This document shows positions 1 to 9,528 of a stretch of 64,000 bases of DNA, in pieces. Positions within the stretch are counted from its first letter, which is position 1. Every line of letters begins with the position of its first letter. Position numbers and translations under genes: made by a program. Below the pieces are notes generated by a model that was given only the letters and a program-made list of their open reading frames with translations, ran no database searches and had not been told where the DNA came from. This stretch comes from a plasmid, in sequence record NZ_CP011600.1. One strand, 5' to 3'.

Positions 1-564
1 GCCGAGAATACGCAACGTTCCGGCCCCCAGGGTGCGTTCCACGGCGATAAAGTCGCGGGCGCTAAGCGCGCTAGTTTCGGCGTAGATAACCCTGGCGATC
101 TGCACCCAGTTCACCATGGCGATCACCAGGGAGACGATCCAGACACTTGGCTGGAAAATCGCCGCCAGGGCAATCGCCAGCAGCAGTGCGGGAAACGCCA
201 TCATCAGATCGGTAAAGCGCATCAGCAGCCCTCCGATACGCCCCTGCAGATAACCTGCGCTAAGCCCTACCAGGACGCCGATCAGTACTGCAGTGCCGTT
301 GGCGACAACACCGATGAGTAACGAAGTACGAGCTCCGTAAATTAAACGCGAGAAGAGATCGCGTCCCAGCAGATCGGTTCCCAGCCAGTAAGTGCTGTTG
401 GGAGAAAGCGGTGCGCCTTCCAGGCTCAGTCCCTCGACAAACTGTTCATCGGGATCGAAGGGGGTGAGCCAGGGGGCAAACAGCGCGCTCATCACCACCA
501 GGAGAATAAACAGCAGCGAGAGCAGCAGGGCTGGCCGGCGCAGAAAATATCCGACTCTATTCAT
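1..564 (-). CDS. ABC transporter permease, DppC/OppC/NikC family (N-terminal part, runs off window start)
   Basis: Minus-strand ATG at 564 translates to MNRVGYFLRRPALLLSLLFILLVVMSALFAPWLTPFDPDEQF...LGTDLLGRDLFSRLIYGARTSL, a typical binding-protein-dependent inner-membrane permease N-terminus. It overlaps the upstream amiR stop by 4 nt (ATGA), giving an operon arrangement. Confidence 0.65.
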   Translation of the reverse strand, partial: MNRVGYFLRRPALLLSLLFILLVVMSALFAPWLTPFDPDEQFVEGLSLEGAPLSPNSTYWLGTDLLGRDLFSRLIYGARTSLLIGVVANGTAVLIGVLVGLSAGYLQGRIGGLLMRFTDLMMAFPALLLAIALAAIFQPSVWIVSLVIAMVNWVQIARVIYAETSALSARDFIAVERTLGAGTLRILG

Positions 565-1154
565 TGTGCTCCCCGCTTGCCGGACGACATTCGTAGCAGC
601 CACTTCTGCGCCACCTGTGCCACCGACTGGTTCGTACACATTGATTCCGAGCGCAGGCGAACCCATGCCTGTTGTTCATCAATACTTTCCGCTTGCATCT
701 GGGCCGCCAGAGCTTGGGTAATCTGCGGCATTGCTGCCAGACGCTGGCGCAGTAGCATCTGTTGCTGTTGAATGTCATGCAACTGCTGACGCAGCCCCAC
801 TGCCATCATCAGGGTGGTATAGATGGCTCGCTGTGTAATAGGCTTGGTAAGGAGCGCTGTTGCCCCTAACTCCAGCGCGCGCTGTACCTGGTAAAGTCCC
901 TCATGTGAGGTCAGCGCGATCACCGGTATTCCCGCCAGATTGATCTGGCTCAGGGTTAGCGGGCTGGCGAATGCCTCCAGTTCCACCAGTACTGCACAGG
1001 GGGTGAGAGGAGGTAAAGCCTCATCTCCGGTCAGGTGATGCCAGCGGATACCCATCCGCGTCAGGTTTTTTTCCAGCGCTTCGCGACTCCTTGCTTCACA
1101 GTCTACCAGCAGGAGCGGCTGAGCATCTAAATCCGGGGACAGCAGCGTTTTCAT
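561..1154 (-). CDS. amiR: ANTAR-domain response regulator / RNA-binding antiterminator (AmiR/NasT-like)
   Basis: 197-aa ORF with an N-terminal receiver-like region and a C-terminal ANTAR-like helical region, architecture as in P. aeruginosa AmiR. Translationally coupled to the upstream amiC-like gene (4-nt overlap). Confidence 0.7.
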   Translation of the reverse strand: MKTLLSPDLDAQPLLLVDCEARSREALEKNLTRMGIRWHHLTGDEALPPLTPCAVLVELEAFASPLTLSQINLAGIPVIALTSHEGLYQVQRALELGATALLTKPITQRAIYTTLMMAVGLRQQLHDIQQQQMLLRQRLAAMPQITQALAAQMQAESIDEQQAWVRLRSESMCTNQSVAQVAQKWLLRMSSGKRGAQ

Positions 1155-2278
1155 TTAACAATCCTCAGAGCAGGTCTGGCTGCAACCGTTCGGCTTTCAC
1201 GTAGCTCGGTCGCGGAGAGATAGGGATCGGGCATAACCGGCAGCGGTTCGCGATGCAGTATCTGAAAGCAAGTTTGTTGCAACTCAGCGATGTAGCAGGG
1301 CAAACAGGCGTGGTTGTTTCGAGCCATTACTGAGCGAGCGCCCGGAGAATCAACGTCGTGCTGACGATGCAGTGCCGCCAGCACCGCACCCGGCTCGCTG
1401 TTTCCGGCCTCGCGCAGGCTATTGGCAAACAGCCTTACTGCCCGCCAGCCGCCGATATAGTAGTGGGAGATGCGCTGTGCGCCATGTTGCAGGTGCTGCC
1501 GCGCACAAAAATCGAGATCGACGCTCTCAAAAAACGGTCCGCAGGAAAGCAAACGTACCGCCCTTAGTGGCGCGACTTCGGCGACTTCGGCTTCGGTAAA
1601 ATTACAGCTGAGCACCGCTAACGTCCGCCGATCGCGAAGACAGGCCTCGTCCAGTGCGCGCAGAAACGCATAAGAGGTTTCGCCTACCAGGTTATTGAGC
1701 ACAAAATCTACCTCTGTGCTGAGAATCGCCTCAATCAACTCGGTCACGTTGCTGTTTCTCAGGTGCAGATATTTTTCGCCCACCACCGTACCGCCGGAAC
1801 CTTCCACTACCTCACGGGCGATACGATTGCTTTCCCAGCCCCAGACGTAGTTAGAGCCGATCAGCCAGGAGCGATTTCCGAACATATCCAGCGCCAGCCG
1901 CAGGAGTGGCAGCAGAGTCTGGTTCGGACAACCGCCCAGATATACGACCTGCTCGCAGCTCTCGAACCCCTCGTAAGGACAGCCATACCACAGCAGCAGG
2001 TTATGCTGCTCCAGGTCCGGGATAATCTCCTTCCGACTGGCAGAGGTAATGGTTCCGAAGATATGGCGGATGCCGTGAGCGATAAAGGTGCTCACCGCTT
2101 CACTGTAGGCTGCGAGTTCACCCGCAGGGTTGATATGTCGGGCCCGCAGCTGAAAAGGATAAGCAGGATCGGCATTGATTTCCTCTAAGGCATGGCGCGC
2201 ACCAAGCAGTGTGCTGTTCGCCAGGTGGCTGTAGGTACCTTCTGTGGAAAGCAAAATTCCAATATCAATAGTTTGCAC
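1151..2278 (-). CDS. amiC: AmiC/NasS-like ligand-binding sensor (periplasmic-binding-protein fold, cytoplasmic regulator)
   Basis: 375 aa with motifs matching AmiC (YGCPYEGFE vs AmiC YPTPYEGFE; PDPY near C-terminus). GTG start at 2278. Gene order sensor then ANTAR regulator matches amiC-amiR and nasS-nasT. Confidence 0.7.
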   Translation of the reverse strand: MQTIDIGILLSTEGTYSHLANSTLLGARHALEEINADPAYPFQLRARHINPAGELAAYSEAVSTFIAHGIRHIFGTITSASRKEIIPDLEQHNLLLWYGCPYEGFESCEQVVYLGGCPNQTLLPLLRLALDMFGNRSWLIGSNYVWGWESNRIAREVVEGSGGTVVGEKYLHLRNSNVTELIEAILSTEVDFVLNNLVGETSYAFLRALDEACLRDRRTLAVLSCNFTEAEVAEVAPLRAVRLLSCGPFFESVDLDFCARQHLQHGAQRISHYYIGGWRAVRLFANSLREAGNSEPGAVLAALHRQHDVDSPGARSVMARNNHACLPCYIAELQQTCFQILHREPLPVMPDPYLSATELRESRTVAARPALRIVK

Positions 2279-2301
2279 GTATGTTTGCTCTCTGCATTAA
2301 T

Positions 2302-2345
2302 AAAAAAGCCTGATTGTCCTTATTAGGACAATCAGGCTTCATTAC
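2302..2345 (-). terminator. Perfect 15-bp-stem hairpin followed by a U-tract on the minus strand, ~20 nt upstream of the amiC start
   Basis: Plus strand reads aagcctgattgtcct-tatt-aggacaatcaggctt. On the minus strand the hairpin is followed by TTTTTTATT. Candidate leader terminator / antitermination target, or terminator of an upstream gene. Confidence 0.45.
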
Positions 2346-3939
2346 CTGTCGATATTTAATGGATTCAAGGCTTAAGGGTTGCCCCTGCTTGCATATACCC
2401 GACATGAAAAATTCATGCCATTTTTAAAGCACAGTTAAATCAATGGATTATTTATTTTTGGAGACACTTTTGCACCAATGGGATGCGGCTTGCTCAGTTA
2501 TGGTGCAATTTTCTGATGCAGTCTGGTCTCTTCAACATGAGGTGGAGTAATGCACACCTGTTTTAGTTCCACGCACTTTTTGAGAGTTCCGGTTTTTCAG
2601 CCATCAGCAGGTGATCCTCCGGCGTCAGGTTATTCAGGGATTCATGGGGACGCTCTGGATGGAAGATCCTCGTGACGAAGCCGAATTTGCCCCCGGCCAC
2701 GTGCTTTTTTTCGAGCGTAATGTTGTCCATGCATTACCAACCCTTCTTGAAGAACCCGTAATATTTCTGTCATTGGCCAGCCCTCGTCGTGATCCTGAAG
2801 ATATTACCTTTGTTGACCCGAAAGATGGCACTGCCAGAACCTTTATGGGGTCAGTTTGGATATAGAGAATTATTGTACGGTAAGCCTGTTTTTTGAACAG
2901 ACTTACCTATAGCAATAGGGTGTACTCCCGCGCTATACGGCATTTTCAGAGGTTTGACCTTAATCGGATAACCTAAATGCGATACTGCAAGAGCGACAAC
3001 TTAAAAGCGATAGCCACTGACGCAAAATCAACCCCTTACGAACCAAGATTGGTTAAATAATGCTCTTAACGTACAAAAATTTCCGATCTCCAAACTGACC
3101 CCGACTACGATGGTCAGGTTGCGGAGGCTATGGCCCTGGTACGAGCGCTGAACAAAATGACGAAAGCAGGTATGCCTGAAAGCGTGCGTATTGCCTGAAA
3201 ACACAACCCGCTACGGGGGAGACTTACCCGAAATCTGATTTATTCAACAAAGCCTGTGCCCGTGCTTACCGGGCGCGCATTCTGGATGTGGGTACAGGAG
3301 ACCTTGCTAAGGTCTTCCCGCGAACAAAGGAATGGCTATCAGGCACGTGCAGAGCGAAAGCACCCCGTTCGTGGATATCGGCAGCAGATGCAGGAAGACT
3401 ATGAGGCCTGGGTGCAAATGATGTCGCACCCCGAACATGAAGAATATACAAGTACTCCTGCCCCTGCAGAAATTGAAAATAAAGCCACAATCGCGTCAGC
3501 CCGGACATACAGTGCTGAGCCTATAGTAAACAACACTATGACAGCTATGCGGAATATGAAAATCCTTTTCTGCCGTGCATTGCTACGTTCTATTAAAAAC
3601 GGCAACCAGTGTCGACAAAAAATGAATTATTCTTGCCAGTATGTGCTTATTAATACATTTTCATTCGTTATGCTGCGCACCACTGCTTTCAGTTTATTAC
3701 TGTTTTTATATTTGCTCATAAAGATGTCGGGGAAAATTGCTCAGATTGCGACAAATACGGGCCATTTACTGTTATATGAAATAATGTCACATGCTCGTTT
3801 TGTACTGACCAGCGATACCTTTTTACACAATCTGTGGTTTTTGAGAGAGCAGGCAGTGCTCGCCGCAGCCGAACGACCGGGCGAAGCACGCGAGTGAGCG
3901 AGGAAGCACCAGGGAACGAAAGCCAGTGTGATCACCTGA

Positions 3940-4210
3940 CGCGCCCTGGTTATTACGAATATTTTCCAGGAGAACAACGACTTATCCACCGGATAGAGTA
4001 ATAACAAAGATCAAATGAAGATCAATGTGAGATCAAAAAGGAATAAGGATCGTCTCAGCCCTTTACTGGCAGGCTCTCCAGCCCTACTGGATACACTGTG
4101 AAGGGTAGCGTATCCATTGTACCGGGTAAGCGATACACTATACCGGGTACATAATCCACTATACCGGGTGGATATAATCCACTATAGCGGGTAGCATTCA
4201 GTAATATTCC
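3940..4210. promoter_or_regulatory. RepFIB-type origin (oriS-like): DnaA box TTATCCACC at ~3973-3981, GATC cluster at 4000-4050, and an array of ~22-bp iterons (motif CACTATACCGGGT) at ~4100-4205
   Basis: Direct repeats gtaccgggtaagcgatacactataccgggtacataatccactataccgggtggatataatccactatagcgggtagc lie immediately upstream of repA. An AT-rich stretch (3540-3800) and the DnaA box sit upstream of them. Organisation matches F oriS/incB. Confidence 0.7.
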
Positions 4211-4230
4211 ACAACTAACAGATAACCTGT

Positions 4231-5112
4231 ATGTCAAATAATAACAATGAGTTAGCTTTAGTTATCGAAGAAACCAGCAAGGATTCCGGGGAAGTTATTC
4301 ACCTGTTTCCAACATTACGGCAGACCATACAACCGAAAGTTTTGCTGCGTCTTGGTGTATTTGTCCCCACACTTAAATCCACTGAGAAGGGTGGGAGAAA
4401 GAGCCACAGCATTGACGCGACAGAATCTCTGTCACGGTTATCCATTATAGAGGGTGAAGGCTATAACCAGATCCAAATCTATGGGCCCCGTCTGGACATG
4501 GATACAGATTTTAAAGTCTGGGTAGGAATCATCTATGCGCTTTCAAACAAGAAACTTAACCACGATGGCCAGCTGGAGCTTAACTTCGCGGAGTTCGCGA
4601 AATTTTGTGGCATTGAGAGCAAGCGTATCGATCGACAACTCAAAGAACGCTTTGACGCGTCTTTAACCCGTATCTCCAGAACGAATATTCGTTTCATGAA
4701 GCAAATACCCGGTACAGACGATCACATCACTATAAACATGCATCTCGTTGAATGGACGTACTACGACAGCGCAGCCGGGACCATAATCATCAAACCGAAT
4801 TCTAAGCTGAATACACTGTACCGGGTGGATGGCAAAACCAGGCTGTACCTGAAGTCACTGCAGAAATTATCTCGCAAGGAGTCAGCCCAGGCGTTGTATC
4901 TGTATCTTGCAGAACTCCCGGCAACATTTTACCGGATTGGCTTCGGCCGCCTGCGTGAACGTCTCCAGCTTACCTCGCACATCGGTAACCAGAACGCGAT
5001 AGTCAAGAAGGCGCTCCAGCAACTTAAGGACATTGGATTTCTTGAATATTCCGTGGAAAAAGAAAATGGTGATTACGTTCTGAATATTCTCAGGCGTAAT
5101 CCCAAACTTTGA
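4231..5112 (+). CDS. repA: Iteron-type replication initiator RepA/RepE (RepFIB-like)
   Basis: 293 aa, MSNNNNELALVIEE..., in the RepE/RepA (F RepE, P1 RepA) family. Flanked upstream by iterons and downstream by further iteron copies (5107-5150, cacccggtacagtggacatccactatgccgggtatc), like F incC. Confidence 0.85.
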   Translation: MSNNNNELALVIEETSKDSGEVIHLFPTLRQTIQPKVLLRLGVFVPTLKSTEKGGRKSHSIDATESLSRLSIIEGEGYNQIQIYGPRLDMDTDFKVWVGIIYALSNKKLNHDGQLELNFAEFAKFCGIESKRIDRQLKERFDASLTRISRTNIRFMKQIPGTDDHITINMHLVEWTYYDSAAGTIIIKPNSKLNTLYRVDGKTRLYLKSLQKLSRKESAQALYLYLAELPATFYRIGFGRLRERLQLTSHIGNQNAIVKKALQQLKDIGFLEYSVEKENGDYVLNILRRNPKL

Positions 5113-5183
5113 ATCACCCGGTACAGTGGACATCCACTATGCCGGGTATCAGCAACACGTCTCACTCACCTTGGGGGAATGAA

Positions 5184-5438
5184 TCAGTTGTTTCTTTCAA
5201 GAACTTCAAATTCATAGTCTTTTGCAGCATCCACAATTTTTGCAAGACACTGGCGTTCCTGACCATCACGACCGTCAAGGCCTTCACCGCCGGGTCGGTT
5301 AAACTTCACGAATTTGTACACTTCTTCGACCAGCAGCATTGTTATCTGTGCTCTCGCGTATTCACTGTCGTTCTCAGGGTCGTTAAGAGCTGCAGTCAGT
5401 GCAGCCTGTAGTTGCGCCACATTTTTCATTTGGATCAC
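5184..5438 (-). CDS. Small conserved hypothetical protein adjacent to repFIB
   Basis: 84-aa ORF directly downstream of repA on the opposite strand. No recognisable domain. Confidence 0.35.
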   Translation of the reverse strand: MIQMKNVAQLQAALTAALNDPENDSEYARAQITMLLVEEVYKFVKFNRPGGEGLDGRDGQERQCLAKIVDAAKDYEFEVLERNN

Positions 5439-5949
5439 CTGTGCAGATAAGTTGATGTAAGTACAGATTAAAAGTCTGTGGTTTCATCCTGTTACTGAAA
5501 GACTATCCTGTCAACAGTCCGGATGGCAGACAGGAGCGCGAGCTGTGCGTAGCGCGACCCTGAATGTGCCGCAGGCACATGCCGGCGGAAATCATGCTGA
5601 ATGCGGCACTGATCTGGAATCCGCCGGAGGACCCGGCGAAGCCGGCTTCATGATAGATGATCGCTATTAACCCCTCCGCCCTGCAAAGCCATAATCCGCT
5701 TAAAGCGACTCTGGTGCCCCTGTACGCGGTCGGAGTGGTCACGTCGAGGCTTTGCCGAAGACGGGGCGTATCTCCGCGTTAGCGGCCCGTAGGGGCGCTT
5801 ACGAGCGTGTTCATCAGGACTTATAGCGAAGAGACTTACAGCAACGCCAATCGTTAGTTACATCATCCATCTTAAAAGCGATGTTGTTCCGGGCCTCCGG
5901 CCCGGGGCGGCGGCGCTTTTCAGGGTGGGAAAGGCAGAGGAGTTTCAGA

Positions 5950-6446
5950 TTTGCACTTTCTGTTGCTCTCACAAATAGACGTATGTTGTAACTAAATACG
6001 GATTTATGCCCGTCGCATGGCGACGGGAGGTACCTGTCTTTTTCCGAACCGCGCGAGCGTTAGCTCGCTGCAGGGGCGGGCATTATCTGAGCCTGTCCAC
6101 AGGGCAGGCGACGAACAGGTTATGTATTTAAATGAGAAAGAATAAAGATATTTAAAAGAAGTACAGAGCAGGGGTTTAAAAGGAACCACGCACCCTGAAA
6201 CGATATCGTCTGGCACCCTGTAACGATTACGGTTGTCGCTTAATGGAAAGTTCCCTTGCAGTTATATGTCAACAAATGAAAATCGAAGACGAAAATCACA
6301 CCGGCCGTTATTTTTCCGGCCATTCTGCCGCGTTCCCGAATGCGGCACAGAAGAAATCCTGCACTACGTTGTTCATATAGTGAGCGGAGCCGTGCTACAG
6401 GCGTGCGAAATCCTCCGGAGCGAACCGGATATTAAAAAAAAGGGGG
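5950..6446. promoter_or_regulatory. IncFII oriR region downstream of repA1
   Basis: Location immediately 3' of repA1 (minus strand), as in R100/R1 where oriR lies downstream of repA1. GC-rich then AT-rich segments. No exact motif verified. Confidence 0.35.
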
Positions 6447-7313
6447 TCAGGAGGTGAGCGTGGCCAGCCGCGTGTAGTTATGGCCCCGGGACATCAGCAT
6501 GCGTTCTTTGACGCGTCTTGCCTGCTCCCGGCGAACGGCGTCCAGGTTACCGGTAAAACGTCCCTCAGCAATCTCACGCGTCAGCTGGCGTTTCACGATA
6601 GTCTCAATATCCCGGCGGGTACGGTCTGCATCCCGGCGGGCACGGGCACGCTTAAGGCCATGCTCCTTACGCTGAGACTGATAGCTGCGGAACCGCTCAC
6701 GTACGTAACGCCAGGCTCTGGCGATCAGCTCGTCCATTTCCAGTCGCGGCAGCTGCTGCTTTTCACGTTGCTGATTTTCCCACTCCACGCGGCTGCGGCG
6801 CGCGGCCGCCACTGCCACGTCTGAAACGTCTAGCGCAGAGAAGAATGCCGGCGTGAAAGTGATATCGGTCGGGATGTTACAGCCAATCTCCGGATCATAT
6901 TCGGTCTGGTAGGTAATCAGTCCCAGCTCCGCTATAAATTTCAGTGCCCGCGTGGCGCGGGTGATGGACAGATTGCCACTTTTCGATTCTGTGGCCAGGC
7001 CGCACTCAATGGCCAGATTGGTGATGGAGCGCTGGACGCGGTTGGCCAGAGGATCATAGTGAAAGGACAACCCCTGCAACAGCGCATCGATGGCGCGCCT
7101 GCGCAGTAACGGTGGCATACGGTGACGCATACCCAGCGAACGGGCAAAAGCAACGTGCATGGTAAAATCAAAACGCGATGTGAAGCCTTCGGCTTTCGCC
7201 ATCAGCTTACGGCAGAACGGCAGGGTCTTTTTGCCCTCTCTCGGCGTGAAAACCGGATTCGGGTTTTTTACCTGCCGGTAAAATGAGGTGTTTTCAGGTT
7301 TCTGCTCAGTCAT
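6447..7313 (-). CDS. repA1: IncFII replication initiator RepA1
   Basis: 288 aa with long near-identical stretches to R100/F RepA1 ([16 protein letters not shown]..., [46 protein letters not shown]). Start at 7313. Confidence 0.9.
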   Translation of the reverse strand: MTEQKPENTSFYRQVKNPNPVFTPREGKKTLPFCRKLMAKAEGFTSRFDFTMHVAFARSLGMRHRMPPLLRRRAIDALLQGLSFHYDPLANRVQRSITNLAIECGLATESKSGNLSITRATRALKFIAELGLITYQTEYDPEIGCNIPTDITFTPAFFSALDVSDVAVAAARRSRVEWENQQREKQQLPRLEMDELIARAWRYVRERFRSYQSQRKEHGLKRARARRDADRTRRDIETIVKRQLTREIAEGRFTGNLDAVRREQARRVKERMLMSRGHNYTRLATLTS

Positions 7314-7611
7314 TCCTTCCTGCGCTTATGTTGCACAGAAGGAGCTCGCTCAGAAGGTCTTGCAGTTTTCCGGGCATAAAACTATACTCCCCGCATAGAG
7401 CAACAGCTTCTATGCAGTTTCTAAGGACCCCGTTAATCTTCTTATCCGCCAAGATTTGGAAAGATTATCGGGGTTTTGTCTTTTCTGGTTCCGGGTAGAC
7501 ACCTCATCAGAACCAGATCCCTGCCACCTTATGGCGTGGCCAGCCAGAATTCATAAACGATCTGCAATCTATCACTTCAACGGGCATACGACAAGAAAGT
7601 AATACCATTAC
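7314..7611. ncRNA. copA: copA/inc antisense RNA and repA leader (tap/repA6) control region of the IncFII replicon
   Basis: Sits between repA2/copB and repA1 exactly as in IncFII replicons, where the ~90-nt CopA antisense RNA is transcribed opposite to the repA1 leader. Exact ends not determined from sequence. Confidence 0.4.
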
Positions 7612-7878
7612 CTATTTATCGAGCTCATCAAATGCCTGTTGTAATAAGCGTTCTATATACTCTGCCTGAGTCAGACCAGCTTTCTCACACTCAACTACAA
7701 GCCTGTCTTTAATAGCGTTTCGCAGATAAATCTTCAGCTCTTTATGCGTAAGTTTTTTTCTGGCCACTGCAGCCTGCTGTTTCTCAGAGGCCGACATAGG
7801 GCTTCCTTTACGATAAGGTCGCTTGGTCTTTGTTGAGGTAGTGGCTGCATTTAAAGGCTGCGACATCTCTGCCTCCAC
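7612..7878 (-). CDS. repA2: RepA2 / CopB transcriptional repressor of repA1
   Basis: 88 aa, ...SASEKQQAAVARKKLTHKELKIYLRNAIKDRLVVECEKAGLTQAEYIERLL..., matching F/R100 CopB ([25 protein letters not shown]...). Confidence 0.8.
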   Translation of the reverse strand: MEAEMSQPLNAATTSTKTKRPYRKGSPMSASEKQQAAVARKKLTHKELKIYLRNAIKDRLVVECEKAGLTQAEYIERLLQQAFDELDK

Positions 7879-8009
7879 AGGATCAAAAAAGGATCAATTG
7901 GCAGAGAATACTACAGTTATCTGAAATCAGCGACTTAACTTTACCGACGCTGTGACCCGCGTTGGCGCGCGGGTTCACGGGTTGAGATGAGTGATACAGG
8001 TGTTATGAA

Positions 8010-8543
8010 TCAGTACGAGGGATGCCAGTCGGCACCGGCATCCCAGCGGGACTGCCAGTGCGCCAGGTAAGTCTGTGCCAGAGACGGCATATCCCGTACA
8101 ACCAGTGCATTCTCGGAATTGGTGTTAGCGGCGCTGCGTGTGTAGTTAAACGACCCCAGCTCCACGTTCTGCCCGTCGGTGATGATCACTTTGTCGTGCA
8201 TAATTTTGTACTGTCCGTTGGTCCGTAGCGGAATGCCGGCACTGGCCACGACGTTCATCGCGGCCTGGCTGGCTTTGCCGAGGTTACCTTTTTCGTCCAC
8301 CACGACCCGGACGTCCACGCCCCGGCGTTTCGCGGCAACGAGTGATTTCACAACGTCCGGAGATGTGAAGCTGTAGCCCATCAGGCGGATACTGTCGTGC
8401 GCGTCGTCCAGCGTCCGGATGACCAATTGCTCTGCACTCCCCTCGGGTGAAAAACCAACATCGACAGAGGGGGTGGCCAGAGCAACACCGGTTGATGTCA
8501 TCAGCCACATGACCGTGGCGACGCCTGCTATTCTGAATCTCAT
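8010..8543 (-). CDS. nuc: Phospholipase-D-family periplasmic endonuclease (Nuc-like)
   Basis: HKD motif context IMHDKVIITDG. N-terminal signal peptide MRFRIAGVATVMWLMTSTGVALA. Start at 8543 preceded by AAGGAAGAG SD. The longer ORF to 8618 is a spurious upstream extension. Confidence 0.75.
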   Translation of the reverse strand: MRFRIAGVATVMWLMTSTGVALATPSVDVGFSPEGSAEQLVIRTLDDAHDSIRLMGYSFTSPDVVKSLVAAKRRGVDVRVVVDEKGNLGKASQAAMNVVASAGIPLRTNGQYKIMHDKVIITDGQNVELGSFNYTRSAANTNSENALVVRDMPSLAQTYLAHWQSRWDAGADWHPSY

Positions 8544-8654
8544 ATCTCTTCCTTTTTCATCATTCCGGCGGATGCTGGCCGGATTAATAACCTGCTGTGT
8601 CTTTTTATAGTGCGGCACATTACCGGCATACTGCCTGGCTCCGGTGCCATACTC

Positions 8655-9455
8655 TTATTTCCCTTTCGCCCTGGCAATGGCCTGCTGCATCACTGCCTCG
8701 CTGACCACACCAGGGAGTACGGTGGTGTTTTCCGGGGTGGCATTCTCTGCCGGCATAACGATGATCCCCGGCGTTCCGGTCAGTCCCAGCACACCGGCCA
8801 GTTCATCATTGCTTTTGATGAGCGTATCGGACTGAGCGTAACTGTTCACATCTTCCGGCCCGGCCCCGGCCGCAGACGCCACTGACTCAATATCCTGTGC
8901 CGTCAGGTGGCCCTCATTATGACCGGTACGGTAAATCCCGTTGTGATACGCCATATACGCCTCTGCGCTCTGTTTGCGGAAAATAGCCAGTCCGCGTCGC
9001 GAAGCCTGTGTTGACTCCGCATAACGTGAGGCAAAAATCGTCCAGTCCCGGAAGACAAACCGCACGTCCGGGCTGGCTTCCATCACTTTCTCCATGACCG
9101 GTGCCATCGCGCTGCAGGCGATACACTCATAGTCGAAAAATTCCGTCACAATCACCGCAGAATTGGCCGGTCCTTTTACCGGCACGCCATCGAGCTGCAT
9201 CAGCAGGCGATGCGATGCTACTGCTGCCTGCACATAAGCCTGATTACGCTTCTGCGCCTGACGGGCCTGCAGTTTCTGACTCACCTCGATGAGCACGTCC
9301 GGATGCGCAACCAGGTAATCGGCGGCGATTTCACCGATGCGGTCCTGCTGCGCGGCCGTGAAGTCAGTTCCGTCTGCAGCAGAAGCAGGAACAGAAGAAA
9401 TGAGCGTGCTCATGGCCAGCATCAGGATGGCCACGTTGATGGGGGATTTTTTCAT
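8655..9455 (-). CDS. DsbA-like thiol:disulfide oxidoreductase (thioredoxin fold, CIAC active site)
   Basis: Signal peptide MKKSPINVAILMLAMSTLISSVPASA, then a thioredoxin-like domain with FFDYECIACSAM (CxxC). The 354-aa ORF extends upstream as Arg-rich junk, so the true start is placed at 9455. Confidence 0.7.
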   Translation of the reverse strand: MKKSPINVAILMLAMSTLISSVPASAADGTDFTAAQQDRIGEIAADYLVAHPDVLIEVSQKLQARQAQKRNQAYVQAAVASHRLLMQLDGVPVKGPANSAVIVTEFFDYECIACSAMAPVMEKVMEASPDVRFVFRDWTIFASRYAESTQASRRGLAIFRKQSAEAYMAYHNGIYRTGHNEGHLTAQDIESVASAAGAGPEDVNSYAQSDTLIKSNDELAGVLGLTGTPGIIVMPAENATPENTTVLPGVVSEAVMQQAIARAKGK

Positions 9456-9528
9456 GTTTGTCTCGTGTATGCTGCAGGAATCCCTGCAGGATAAGTGATG
9501 CGGCCTCCGGAAATGCCGGCCGCACGGA

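Noticed and set aside
2611-2865. 84-aa ORF resembling a piece of a cupin/AraC N-domain
   Set aside because: Too short, no clear start context, followed by non-coding DNA. Probably a gene fragment at a recombination junction.
3256-3897. 213-aa plus-strand ORF upstream of the repFIB iterons
   Set aside because: Second half runs through an AT-rich, low-complexity stretch (3540-3800) that looks like origin DNA (followed by DnaA box and GATC cluster). No RBS or recognisable domain. At most a remnant.
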